Of a stretch of 32,000 bases of DNA, positions 25,012 to 32,000 are shown piece by piece. The notes beneath the pieces were generated by a model. That model had not been told where the DNA came from, ran no database searches, and saw nothing but the letters and a program-made list of their open reading frames with translations. This DNA comes from Isachenkonia alkalipeptolytica (GTDB taxonomy: Bacteria > Bacillota > Clostridia > Peptostreptococcales > T1SED10-28): positions 5,141 through 37,140 of the forward strand of contig NZ_SUMG01000023.1 in assembly GCF_009910325.1 (NCBI RefSeq), in the 5' to 3' direction. A program made the translations under genes and the position numbers. Each line of letters starts with the position of its first letter. Within the stretch, counting starts at the first letter, position 1.

Positions 25012-25340
25012 GGTTATGCACCTTCCTTCTATTATGATCCGATTATTGACCGTCCTGCTACAAAGCTCTCAGATAAAAGCTTATATAAAACATTTTACCA
25101 CCGGCGGCTTCTCCGGTCCAGGAATGTGGTTTTTATTTTCTTTTTACCCCTATTCATGATTTTCTAACACCTTCAATTTATTTACATTAAATGAAAGGAA
25201 GTTTCAATTTTTTCATTTTTCCATGTTTGAACCCTCCCCCACGGGGTATTATTGATATATCTTATTAATTGACATCCATTTGCGAATCATCACGGGAACA
25301 TAGAATAAACGTTATAAAAAAACAAAAGGAGGAAAAGAAA

Positions 25341-25973
25341 ATGAAAAAAAGTAGATTATTGTCCGGATTGTTAATTGCAGTATTAATGGTGTTTAGTTTC
25401 GGAGGTGCGGCATTCGCCCATGAACATCTTGCGGATACCGTGGTGGACATCGCAGTGGATACCGAAGGGGAATTTGATACCTTAGTAGCTGCCTTAACCG
25501 AAGCAGGTCTTGTGGAAACCTTACAGGGTGAGGGTCCCTTTACCGTATTTGCTCCAACAGACGAAGCCTTTGGTGATTTATTAGCCGCACTGGAAATTGA
25601 AGCGGCAGACCTTCTAGCCCATCCACAATTAGAAGAAGTATTACTGTATCATGTGGTTTCCGGAAAAGTAATGTCCGGGGATTTAGAAGACGGTGAAGTG
25701 GAAACCCTACTGGGAGAAATGATTACCGTTGATGCCGAAAACTTTATGATTAATGAAGAAGCGGCCATTATGGTTGAGGCCGAATTATTTGACTTAGAAG
25801 CGGAAAACGGTGTGGTCCATGTTATTGACACCGTATTGGTACCCGATGTATTTGAACTGGATTACGCGGAAGAAGAAGACGTTCCTCAAACCGGGGACAT
25901 CGGAATGATTCCCTTTGTTGTAGCAGGCGCTGCGGGATTATCCGGACTTTGGATCGCAAAGAAGCGTAAATAA
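25341..25973 (+). CDS. Secreted, cell-wall-sorted fasciclin (FAS1) protein with one FAS1 domain
   Basis: The ATG at 25341 follows an AAAGGAGG RBS. The signal peptide ends at AFA|HEH. FAS1 motifs are [17 protein letters not shown] and [11 protein letters not shown]. The C-terminal sorting signal is VPQTGD, a hydrophobic segment and KKRK. Confidence 0.9.
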   Translation: MKKSRLLSGLLIAVLMVFSFGGAAFAHEHLADTVVDIAVDTEGEFDTLVAALTEAGLVETLQGEGPFTVFAPTDEAFGDLLAALEIEAADLLAHPQLEEVLLYHVVSGKVMSGDLEDGEVETLLGEMITVDAENFMINEEAAIMVEAELFDLEAENGVVHVIDTVLVPDVFELDYAEEEDVPQTGDIGMIPFVVAGAAGLSGLWIAKKRK

Positions 25974-26060
25974 CAGACTGCCCCTGTAACCTGACATAAT
26001 AAACCATAACATTCAATAGCATTTAATAAAATTCAATAATCATCATTGTTCCCTATTCAG

Positions 26061-26107
26061 AGAATACCGGATGGAAATCTTTACGTCTCTAGACGGTATT
26101 CTTTTCT
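26061..26107 (+). terminator. Rho-independent terminator of the first fasciclin gene
   Basis: The stem AGAATACCG ... CGGTATTCT is followed by TTTT. Confidence 0.6.
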
Positions 26108-26301
26108 GGGGCTAAGTTTTCTACGGCCCTGTTTTACTACAATCTTGAATATTTTACAATAAATTTTGCTAATTTTCAGAAATTAATGTTTGGTCCTACC
26201 CCCCGGTGGGTATTATTGGAATGTGTTACACATGACAGCCAGTTGAAACTTTTAATCGGAACATAAGATAAATTTTTAAAAAACAAAAGGAGGAAAAGAA
26301 A

Positions 26302-27366
26302 ATGAAAAAGAGTCGATTATTGTCCGGATTATTGATAGTAGTGTTAATGGTGTTTAGTTTCGGAGGTGCGGCATTCGCCCATGAACATCTTGCGGATACC
26401 GTGGTGGACATCGCAGTGGATACCGAAGGGGAATTTGATACCTTAGTAGCCGCCTTAACCGAAGCAGGTCTTGTGGAAACCTTACAGGGAGAAGGCCCCT
26501 TTACCGTATTTGCTCCAACGGATGAAGCTTTTGCTAATTTATTAGCCGCACTGGAAATTGAAGCGGAAGACCTTCTTGCCCATCCACAATTAGAAGAAGT
26601 ATTACTGTATCATGTGGTTTCCGGAAAAGTTATGTCCGAAGATCTAGAAACCGGAGACGTTGAAACCCTTCTTGGGGAAAACGTAGCGATTGACGCATCT
26701 ACCTTTATGGTAAATGACGCAGAAATTCTAGTGGATGACGGATTATTCGACCTAGAAGCGGAAAACGGTGTGGTTCATGTAATCGACACAGTATTGGTTC
26801 CTGATGTATTTGAATTAGATTACTCCGAAAACGGCGAAGAAGAATTACAAAGCATCGTTGAAATCGCTCAAGCTAACGACGACTTTAGTATCCTGGTTGA
26901 AGCCTTAGTTGCAGCAGATTTAGTAGATGCTTTAGAAGATGACGGTCCTTTCACCGTATTTGCACCTACTAATGATGCCTTTGCCGCATTACTGGAAGCT
27001 TTAGACATTGAAAAAGACGACTTGTTAGAGCATCCTGACTTAGCCGATGTTCTGTTATACCACGTAGTGGAAGGGGCTGTATTCTCTACGGATTTAGAGG
27101 AGGGCATGGAGCCTGAAACCCTACAGGGAGAAACCGTTATGATCAGCTTAGAAGACGGCGTATTTGTTAACGATTCCGAAGTAATCGATGCGGACATCGA
27201 AGCTTCCAACGGTGTTATTCATGCAATCGATGAGGTATTAGTACCCGAAGCTTTCGGCGCTGAAGAAGAAGAAGTTCCACAAACCGGCGACATCGGAATG
27301 ATTCCCTTTGTTGTAGCAGGCGCTGCCGGATTATCCGGACTTTGGATCGTAAAGAAGCGAAAGTAA
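26302..27366 (+). CDS. Secreted, cell-wall-sorted fasciclin protein with two FAS1 domains
   Basis: 354 aa. The first ~110 aa are nearly identical to the upstream paralog. The second FAS1 domain carries FTVFAPTNDAF, LLYHVV and VIHAIDEVLVP. The C-terminal VPQTGD sorting signal is the same as in the paralog. Confidence 0.9.
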   Translation: MKKSRLLSGLLIVVLMVFSFGGAAFAHEHLADTVVDIAVDTEGEFDTLVAALTEAGLVETLQGEGPFTVFAPTDEAFANLLAALEIEAEDLLAHPQLEEVLLYHVVSGKVMSEDLETGDVETLLGENVAIDASTFMVNDAEILVDDGLFDLEAENGVVHVIDTVLVPDVFELDYSENGEEELQSIVEIAQANDDFSILVEALVAADLVDALEDDGPFTVFAPTNDAFAALLEALDIEKDDLLEHPDLADVLLYHVVEGAVFSTDLEEGMEPETLQGETVMISLEDGVFVNDSEVIDADIEASNGVIHAIDEVLVPEAFGAEEEEVPQTGDIGMIPFVVAGAAGLSGLWIVKKRK

Positions 27367-27437
27367 CTGACTGACAGTGTGGCTGACATAAGGAATATTG
27401 GTATTAAACGATTATCATTATCCAACAAATAAATCAG

Positions 27438-27481
27438 AAGTACCGGATCGAGACATTTCTCTCAATCCGGTACTTTTTTTT
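27438..27481 (+). terminator. Rho-independent terminator of the second fasciclin gene
   Basis: The stem AAGTACCGGAT ... ATCCGGTACTT is followed by T9. Confidence 0.8.
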
Positions 27482-27483
27482 GC

Positions 27484-27559
27484 AAAAGTGTACCAGGGGG
27501 TCGGACCCGGTGGTACAAAAAAAGTGTACCACAGGGTCCGACCCCCTGGTACACTTTTT
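27484..27559. repeat. Dispersed palindromic element, locus 4; two copies
   Basis: GTGTACCAGGGGGTCGGACCCGGTGGTACA (27488-27517), then A7, then GTGTACCACAGGGTCCGACCCCCTGGTACAC (27524-27554). Confidence 0.9.
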
Positions 27560-27561
27560 GT

Positions 27562-27770
27562 ACGGGTAAAGGCTGACCTGGTTTTTGACCCCACACCCGC
27601 CTGCTGGGAAGTTCGCCAAGGGTTTGCCTTGACTACTAAACCTCTCGATTTCCTCGGCAGGACTTACTTCTAAGCCGCACCATGCTCAGCAGTAAAATTT
27701 TTTCACTACCTTACGTGGATCCCTTTGCCTGCGACTAGCTTGGACTTTCAACCACAGACCCTTTACCCGT
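27562..27770 (-). ncRNA. Candidate structured ncRNA or structured 3' UTR; class unknown, possibly raiA-motif-like
   Basis: About 210 nt with no ORF. ACGGGTAAAGG (27562-27572) pairs perfectly with CCTTTACCCGT (27760-27770), and the helix extends by a further 3+3 bp. Internal hairpins have G-U pairs only when read on the minus strand. On the minus strand a palindrome plus U7 follows. Confidence 0.3.
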
Positions 27771-27788
27771 TTCATCATTATAAACCAT

Positions 27789-28271
27789 TTACTTTTTCTT
27801 ATCAATAAAAATCGATTCGCTTTGCTTATATTTCTTGTTATAACTTCCCATGGCTTTTTTCCCCGTACGGGCATTTTTAATTTTCGATTGGACCTTCTCC
27901 ATATCTTTTTTCATCTTTTTCATGTTTTCCTGATCCATCTGATTAACCTTATTGGCCGTAGCCATGATTTCCTGGATTTTTTCCTTTAAATCCTTAAAAC
28001 CTTCCACGGGCTCTTCCTCTACCTTCGATAGATCTTCAATCCCTAAAGCTTCTTTAAGATCCTGATATTTTTCTGCAAATTCCTTGTCCAGCACGTCGAT
28101 TTTCTCAATGATTTTATTCTTTTTCCCGATGGCCTGATCCAACACCTCCAGGTTTTCCTCTTCCAGGGCCTGTTGCTGTTCCTGGGTGGCCTCCAGCAAG
28201 GTGACCATCAGCTGCAGCTTTGCCTCGCTGATCCGGTAGAGGTATTCGGTTAGTTCCTTACTCCGGTTCAT
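27789..28271 (-). CDS. FlgN/FliT-like flagellar export chaperone
   Basis: 160-aa helical protein. It has the FlgN-like pattern L..LLEAT.EQQQAL...NLE.LD.AI..KN.II..ID.LD..F and occupies the fliT position directly downstream of fliS. Confidence 0.55.
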   Translation of the reverse strand: MNRSKELTEYLYRISEAKLQLMVTLLEATQEQQQALEEENLEVLDQAIGKKNKIIEKIDVLDKEFAEKYQDLKEALGIEDLSKVEEEPVEGFKDLKEKIQEIMATANKVNQMDQENMKKMKKDMEKVQSKIKNARTGKKAMGSYNKKYKQSESIFIDKKK

Positions 28272-28279
28272 CCCATCAC

Positions 28280-28660
28280 CTATCGCTTTCCTTTGGCGAT
28301 TTTCATCGCTTCTTTCCAGGTATCCCGAAGCTCCGTGATCATTTCCTTGGCTTCATCCAGGGGCTCCGTGGTTTTCTTAATGTTTCCCTCCACCAGTTTT
28401 TCAAGAATATAGGTATAAAGGCTTCGCATGTTTTTGGACATTTCATAGTCCATATTAAGGGAGTTGTTCAACTCATGAATAATATCTTGGGCCCGTTTAA
28501 TGCCTTCGTTGGCCTCTTGAATATTTTTTCCCTCAATGCCCATCTTCCCTTTATTAATAAATTTTAACGCTCCGTTATAAAGCATTAAGGTCAGCTCTTC
28601 GGGACTCGCGGTTTTTACGCTGTTTTCTTTATAAGTGTTGTACGGATTTCTTACTGCCAT
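28280..28660 (-). CDS. fliS: Flagellin-specific chaperone FliS
   Basis: 126 aa. Motifs are YKENSVKTASPEELTLMLYNGALKF, AQDIIHELNNSLNMDYE and RSLYTYILEKLVEGN. Confidence 0.92.
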   Translation of the reverse strand: MAVRNPYNTYKENSVKTASPEELTLMLYNGALKFINKGKMGIEGKNIQEANEGIKRAQDIIHELNNSLNMDYEMSKNMRSLYTYILEKLVEGNIKKTTEPLDEAKEMITELRDTWKEAMKIAKGKR

Positions 28661-28746
28661 ATTGATTCCTCCTAAATAGATAAGTAAAAACAGGGAAAAG
28701 AGTTAGCCCTTAACCCCTGATTATTTTACGGCTTTGCCTAATGGTA

Positions 28747-30420
28747 CTACTGCATTCCCATGCCCCCCATTTGCTGGGCAAGCCAGCCCGCCTGGTCGTT
28801 CATCTGGGACATAGCCTTTTCCATAGCGGTAAACTGATTCCAATATCGTTCCTCTGTTTGCATCAGTCGTCGCTCTTCCGTGGCAATTCGCTGTTGGATG
28901 CTTTGAACATCCCGGTCCAGACGGGAGATGGCTCCTTGCTGGGTAACGAAATCAATTAACAGATTGCTTCGTACATTTCGGTAAAGGCCGGCGTCTTCCC
29001 CCGGACCCGATTGACGGATTACTTCCTTCATGCCGTCGGTTATATCGTCATAAGCCCGTTGAACCAATCCGGTTCCTTCTTTTCCCTCTCCCTCGGCGGG
29101 AGCCTTAAAGAATACATCCAGCACTCCCTCAGGATCATTGGCAATAGCATCTCTTAGTTTATCTTCTTCAATCTCCAGTCGCCCACCCTGCTGATAATTC
29201 CCGGTGGAAATTCCGATTTGGGTAATATGGCTGTACTCTCCCGCCGTATTTTCAATGGATTCATACATACTGCTTCGTAACGTTTGAAGTGTCCTGGTTA
29301 AGGTTCGGTCATTGGCCAGCAGTCCCGACCTTGCCCGTTCTTCCCATTTTTCTATATCGTCTTCGTTCATGGCCTGTCTTTGTTCATCGGTTAAGGGCCC
29401 GTACTCCCGGTCGTATTTTTCCTGGGTGGGACCGTTTACCGCATCTATAAGATCGTTGTATTCATCCACAAAACCTTTGATCTGATCATAGATGCCGTCT
29501 ACGTCGGTTTCTACCCGGACCGTGGTTGTGCCTTTCGTTCGAAGCTGCAGATCAATCCCGAATACGGATACATTATTGTTTGAGCTTGTGATCTCGTCGC
29601 CGTTAAAAGTTATTCTTGCATCCTGGCCGCCGATGCCGTGGGTAGGGTTTCCTTCTCCATCTCGTTCAATGTTACCGTCTTCATCTCGCTGAACCTCGGT
29701 AAAAATGTTTTGATCGCCTTCATTAGAAAAGATTGCGCCGGCAATCCCGCTGGTATCAGTAGTCGCGTCTATATGCATAAACTCCTCTTCCCCGGAGTTT
29801 CGGGTCATAATCATCATTCGGTCCAAACCGGCATCGTAGGAAGTACGTAGTCCCAAGTTCTGTCCCGCATTATCTCCTTCATCCACCACCGCATTGTTAA
29901 AGGCTCGGGTCACATCCCGCATATTCATACCTTTTTCCAGAGTAATGGTACCGGTGCCGGCGCTGGTAGTCATTTCAAAGCTGACTTCATCTCCGTCAAC
30001 AAAAAAGTCCTCATGAATTATGCCGTCCTCATCAAGTAGCGCCGCTTCCGCATCTCCTTTTAAGTTTAACGACGTGGTCCTTGCAACCTCAGCTAAATTC
30101 TCAACTTCCACCTCGTGATTTCCTTCAATGGCATTTCCTCGGGCTGAGGCTGTAACCGCACTACCGTCCGCCGTTGCACTTTTAATCCAGGGCAGGTTGT
30201 TCACATTCGTGCTTCCAAATCCGCTGCTGATTCCAAATTCCTGTCGGGTGTTTAACACAAAATTCGCCATGGTTTTATTCACATCATGATAGGCTTCCTG
30301 CTTCCACTCAATCTCGGTTTGCTCTGTGGTAAACCGGTCCACCTTCATTCGTTCCACCTTCATCAAATCCCGTACCATTTGTTCCGTGTCCATTCCGGAC
30401 ATTAATCCACCCATTCGCAT
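28747..30420 (-). CDS. fliD: Flagellar filament cap protein FliD
   Basis: 557 aa. The N-terminus reads GLMSGMDTEQMVRDLMKVER, and the C-terminal coiled coil reads RIATEERRLMQTEERYWNQFTAMEKAMSQMN.QAGWL. Confidence 0.92.
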   Translation of the reverse strand: MRMGGLMSGMDTEQMVRDLMKVERMKVDRFTTEQTEIEWKQEAYHDVNKTMANFVLNTRQEFGISSGFGSTNVNNLPWIKSATADGSAVTASARGNAIEGNHEVEVENLAEVARTTSLNLKGDAEAALLDEDGIIHEDFFVDGDEVSFEMTTSAGTGTITLEKGMNMRDVTRAFNNAVVDEGDNAGQNLGLRTSYDAGLDRMMIMTRNSGEEEFMHIDATTDTSGIAGAIFSNEGDQNIFTEVQRDEDGNIERDGEGNPTHGIGGQDARITFNGDEITSSNNNVSVFGIDLQLRTKGTTTVRVETDVDGIYDQIKGFVDEYNDLIDAVNGPTQEKYDREYGPLTDEQRQAMNEDDIEKWEERARSGLLANDRTLTRTLQTLRSSMYESIENTAGEYSHITQIGISTGNYQQGGRLEIEEDKLRDAIANDPEGVLDVFFKAPAEGEGKEGTGLVQRAYDDITDGMKEVIRQSGPGEDAGLYRNVRSNLLIDFVTQQGAISRLDRDVQSIQQRIATEERRLMQTEERYWNQFTAMEKAMSQMNDQAGWLAQQMGGMGMQ

Positions 30421-30581
30421 GGTAAAACCCCTTTCTTTATGAAAACCGTTCTAGAACTTCTCCTCGTTTATTTTGCTTTTGTTTATTATCCACGTTAATA
30501 TTTTTTCCCTTACTGCTTATTTCACAGTGCCTTTATTATGGGTCCGCCTAAGCTCTCCCAGCGAAGATTTAGTCTCAGGCT

Positions 30582-30989
30582 TTATGCCCGCTCGTCAATT
30601 AGTATCCCTGCCATCTCCAGCATATCCGCCACCATATCGATAATCTTCTCCGGAGGAATTTCCCGAATAATTTCATCCGTAGACGTGTCCACCACCTTTA
30701 CCAGCATTCGATCCGTCCGTTCATGGGGCTCAAATTCCAGTCGGCGGTTATGGGGTTTGAAACTCTCGTTGGCCTTTTCAATGGCTTTTTCCAAATCCTT
30801 TTCCGTGTACTCCAACTGCCGCTCCGTATCCCGGGCCATATTCTCCGTTACGGTTCGCTCACTTCGAAGCTTTTGCTTTTGTCCGTTTTCCACTTCTTGG
30901 GCTCCCAGCTCTTGGCGTCCTTGCCGCTGAGAATTGGTATTGATCGCCGCTGATCTGGCGCTTTCAAAACTCACTCCATCTACTTTCAT
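30582..30989 (-). CDS. flaG: Flagellar protein FlaG
   Basis: 135 aa. RRLEFEPHERTDRMLVKVVDTSTDEIIREIPPEKIIDMVA is the FlaG signature. It sits at the head of the flaG-fliD-fliS operon, as in B. subtilis. Confidence 0.85.
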   Translation of the reverse strand: MKVDGVSFESARSAAINTNSQRQGRQELGAQEVENGQKQKLRSERTVTENMARDTERQLEYTEKDLEKAIEKANESFKPHNRRLEFEPHERTDRMLVKVVDTSTDEIIREIPPEKIIDMVADMLEMAGILIDERA

Positions 30990-31033
30990 ATTCGGCTCCC
31001 TCCTAAAATACTTTCTATGACTTTCTACTTACT

Positions 31034-31061
31034 CTATCGGCACTTTCTTCTTTGTTGTTTA
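31034..31061 (-). promoter_or_regulatory. Sigma-D-type promoter of the flaG-fliD-fliS-flgN-like operon
   Basis: On the minus strand, TAAA, a 16-nt spacer, then GCCGATAG. It lies about 45 nt upstream of the flaG ATG. Confidence 0.7.
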
Positions 31062-31148
31062 GTTTATTATAATATTTCTTAAAAGAATTTCTAAAAGCCC
31101 CGATTTATGATAGGATAAGCTTATAATCAATGGCAAAGGAGAATAACC

Positions 31149-32000
31149 ATGGCTCAGCTTACGGGAGAGTATCTATTCAAAAATCATGAAATCATCCAAA
31201 CCTCAGGGTTTCAGGAAGAGATCCCCGAGGATCAAAGCATCTATGAGGTGCTTCGGGTCATCCAGGGAACCCCTCTGTTTTTAACGGAGCATCTCAATCG
31301 CTTGTACGTTTCTCTGAAAATCTTAAACCTTAGGGATTCCTACGATCTGTCTCCCCTGAGATCCCTAGAGGATAGCATCCTCACCCTGATTTCCAAGAAC
31401 GCCATAGAAAACTGCAATCTGAAAATCATCGTAACCCATTTTAATGGTCAACGGTCCTTAAACTGCTACGGATTTTTTATTCCCAGCAGCTATCCCCCTG
31501 CGGATGCCTATAAAACCGGGGTAAATACGATTTTATATCACGGCACCCGGGAAAATCCCAACGCCAAGGTATACCAAAAAGAACTCCGGGAAGATGTGGC
31601 AAAAAAGTTAAAGGCCGCCGACGCCTACGAGGCTTTGCTGGTTAATGAAGCCGGAGAAATTTCTGAAGGCAGCCGCTCCAATTTGTTCTTTGTGAAAAAC
31701 CAAACAGTCTATACCCCTCCGGCAAAACAGGTACTCTTAGGAATAACCCGGGAGAAGATTTTGCAGCTTATGGAGGATCACAACATTCCCTATGAGGTCA
31801 CCACCATCCATGAGAAGGATTTAGAAGGGATGAACGGCGCTTTTATGACCGGTACCTCTCCGAAGGTTCTCCCCCTTCGGCGGATCGGGAGCCTTCACTA
31901 TGCCTCGGCTTCCCACCCTGTGATCCAAAAGATTATGGAGCTTTACAATGCGTTAATCGAAGCGGAAATCAGAAACAATGTTGCTCCGAAGATTCTTTAG
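31149..32000 (+). CDS. Class IV (fold type IV) PLP aminotransferase: branched-chain, D-amino-acid or ADC-lyase-like
   Basis: 283 aa, ending with a stop codon at 31998-32000. Motifs are EGSRSNLFFVKN..VYTPP....LLGITRE and GAFMTGTS..V.P. Confidence 0.85.
   Translation: MAQLTGEYLFKNHEIIQTSGFQEEIPEDQSIYEVLRVIQGTPLFLTEHLNRLYVSLKILNLRDSYDLSPLRSLEDSILTLISKNAIENCNLKIIVTHFNGQRSLNCYGFFIPSSYPPADAYKTGVNTILYHGTRENPNAKVYQKELREDVAKKLKAADAYEALLVNEAGEISEGSRSNLFFVKNQTVYTPPAKQVLLGITREKILQLMEDHNIPYEVTTIHEKDLEGMNGAFMTGTSPKVLPLRRIGSLHYASASHPVIQKIMELYNALIEAEIRNNVAPKIL

Noticed and set aside
25100-25135. Plus-strand hairpin plus T5 (ACCACCGG...GTGGTTTTT) as a terminator or attenuator upstream of the first fasciclin gene
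   Set aside because: I could not identify a convincing promoter upstream of it or any upstream plus-strand gene. The structure is modest and its significance is unclear.
25269-25340. N-terminal extensions given in the ORF track (25269 TTG start; also 2570-2632, 11333-11392, 1983-2003 and 16768-16779)
   Set aside because: In each case the internal ATG is preceded by a strong RBS and gives a family-typical N-terminus: a signal peptide, the MCGRY catalytic Cys2, or a FliS N-terminus. The extensions use alternative start codons or read through repeats.
24193-27559. Labelling the sortase/fasciclin cassette as a mobile element or genomic island
   Set aside because: There is no integrase, transposase or tRNA target, and no direct repeats are visible. 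Only the synteny argument supports insertion, so it is reported as a finding and not as a mobile_element feature.
27562-27770. Assigning the candidate ncRNA to RNase P, 6S, SRP or tmRNA
   Set aside because: Short resemblances exist (GAAAGUCC, CAUGG..GCUUA). However, the length of about 210 nt and the absence of the defining conserved cores argue against all of these. The missing cores are the RNase P CR regions, the SRP GGAAGCAGC motif and the tmRNA tag/acceptor. The class is left open.

Overview
The window looks like a chromosomal segment from a Firmicute, probably a Clostridia-like organism. This assignment is inferred from gene content and synteny, not from any search. About 85% of the window is coding and most genes are on the minus strand.

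Gene order from left to right:
- tsaB (partial) and tsaE
- a GNAT acetyltransferase and an SRAP/YedK-type peptidase
- the riboflavin transporter ribU, behind a clear FMN riboswitch
- an amidohydrolase, a YczE/YitT-like membrane protein, an MFS transporter and tex
- a late-flagellar block: comFB, a FliS paralog, a 554-aa flagellin, a stand-alone FlhB C-terminal-domain protein and a 978-aa FliK-like repeat protein, with a divergent DUF327/YaaR gene
- prfB (classic +1 frameshift), secA, a DUF5317-like membrane protein and hpf
- a class-B sortase divergent from two paralogous, acidic fasciclin (FAS1) surface proteins that carry VPQTG sorting signals
- a FlgN/FliT-like gene, fliS, fliD and flaG
- a class-IV aminotransferase

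I found no transposase, integrase, CRISPR array, tRNA or rRNA.

Features not explained by the genes:
1. A dispersed, roughly 31-nt perfect-palindrome family with core GTGTACCAGGGGGTC-N-GACCCCCTGGTACAC. It occurs at 4 loci (7 copies), flanked by A/T tracts.
2. At least seven unrelated, locus-specific short tandem arrays with periods of 10-20 bp in intergenic DNA.
3. Four sigma-D (sigma-28)-type promoters. These place the FliK-like/FlhB-C pair and the DUF327 gene with the flagellar genes.
4. A phased, co-oriented cluster of DnaA-box-like 9-mers, one of them perfect, upstream of hpf.
5. An ORF-free segment of about 210 nt, closed by an 11-bp helix, lying between the FlgN-like gene and a palindrome terminator. 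This is a candidate structured ncRNA.
6. The sortase/fasciclin cassette appears to interrupt the flaG-fliD-fliS-fliT | hpf-secA-prfB gene order known from Bacillus subtilis.

All functional calls come from reading motifs by eye. No database search was run.
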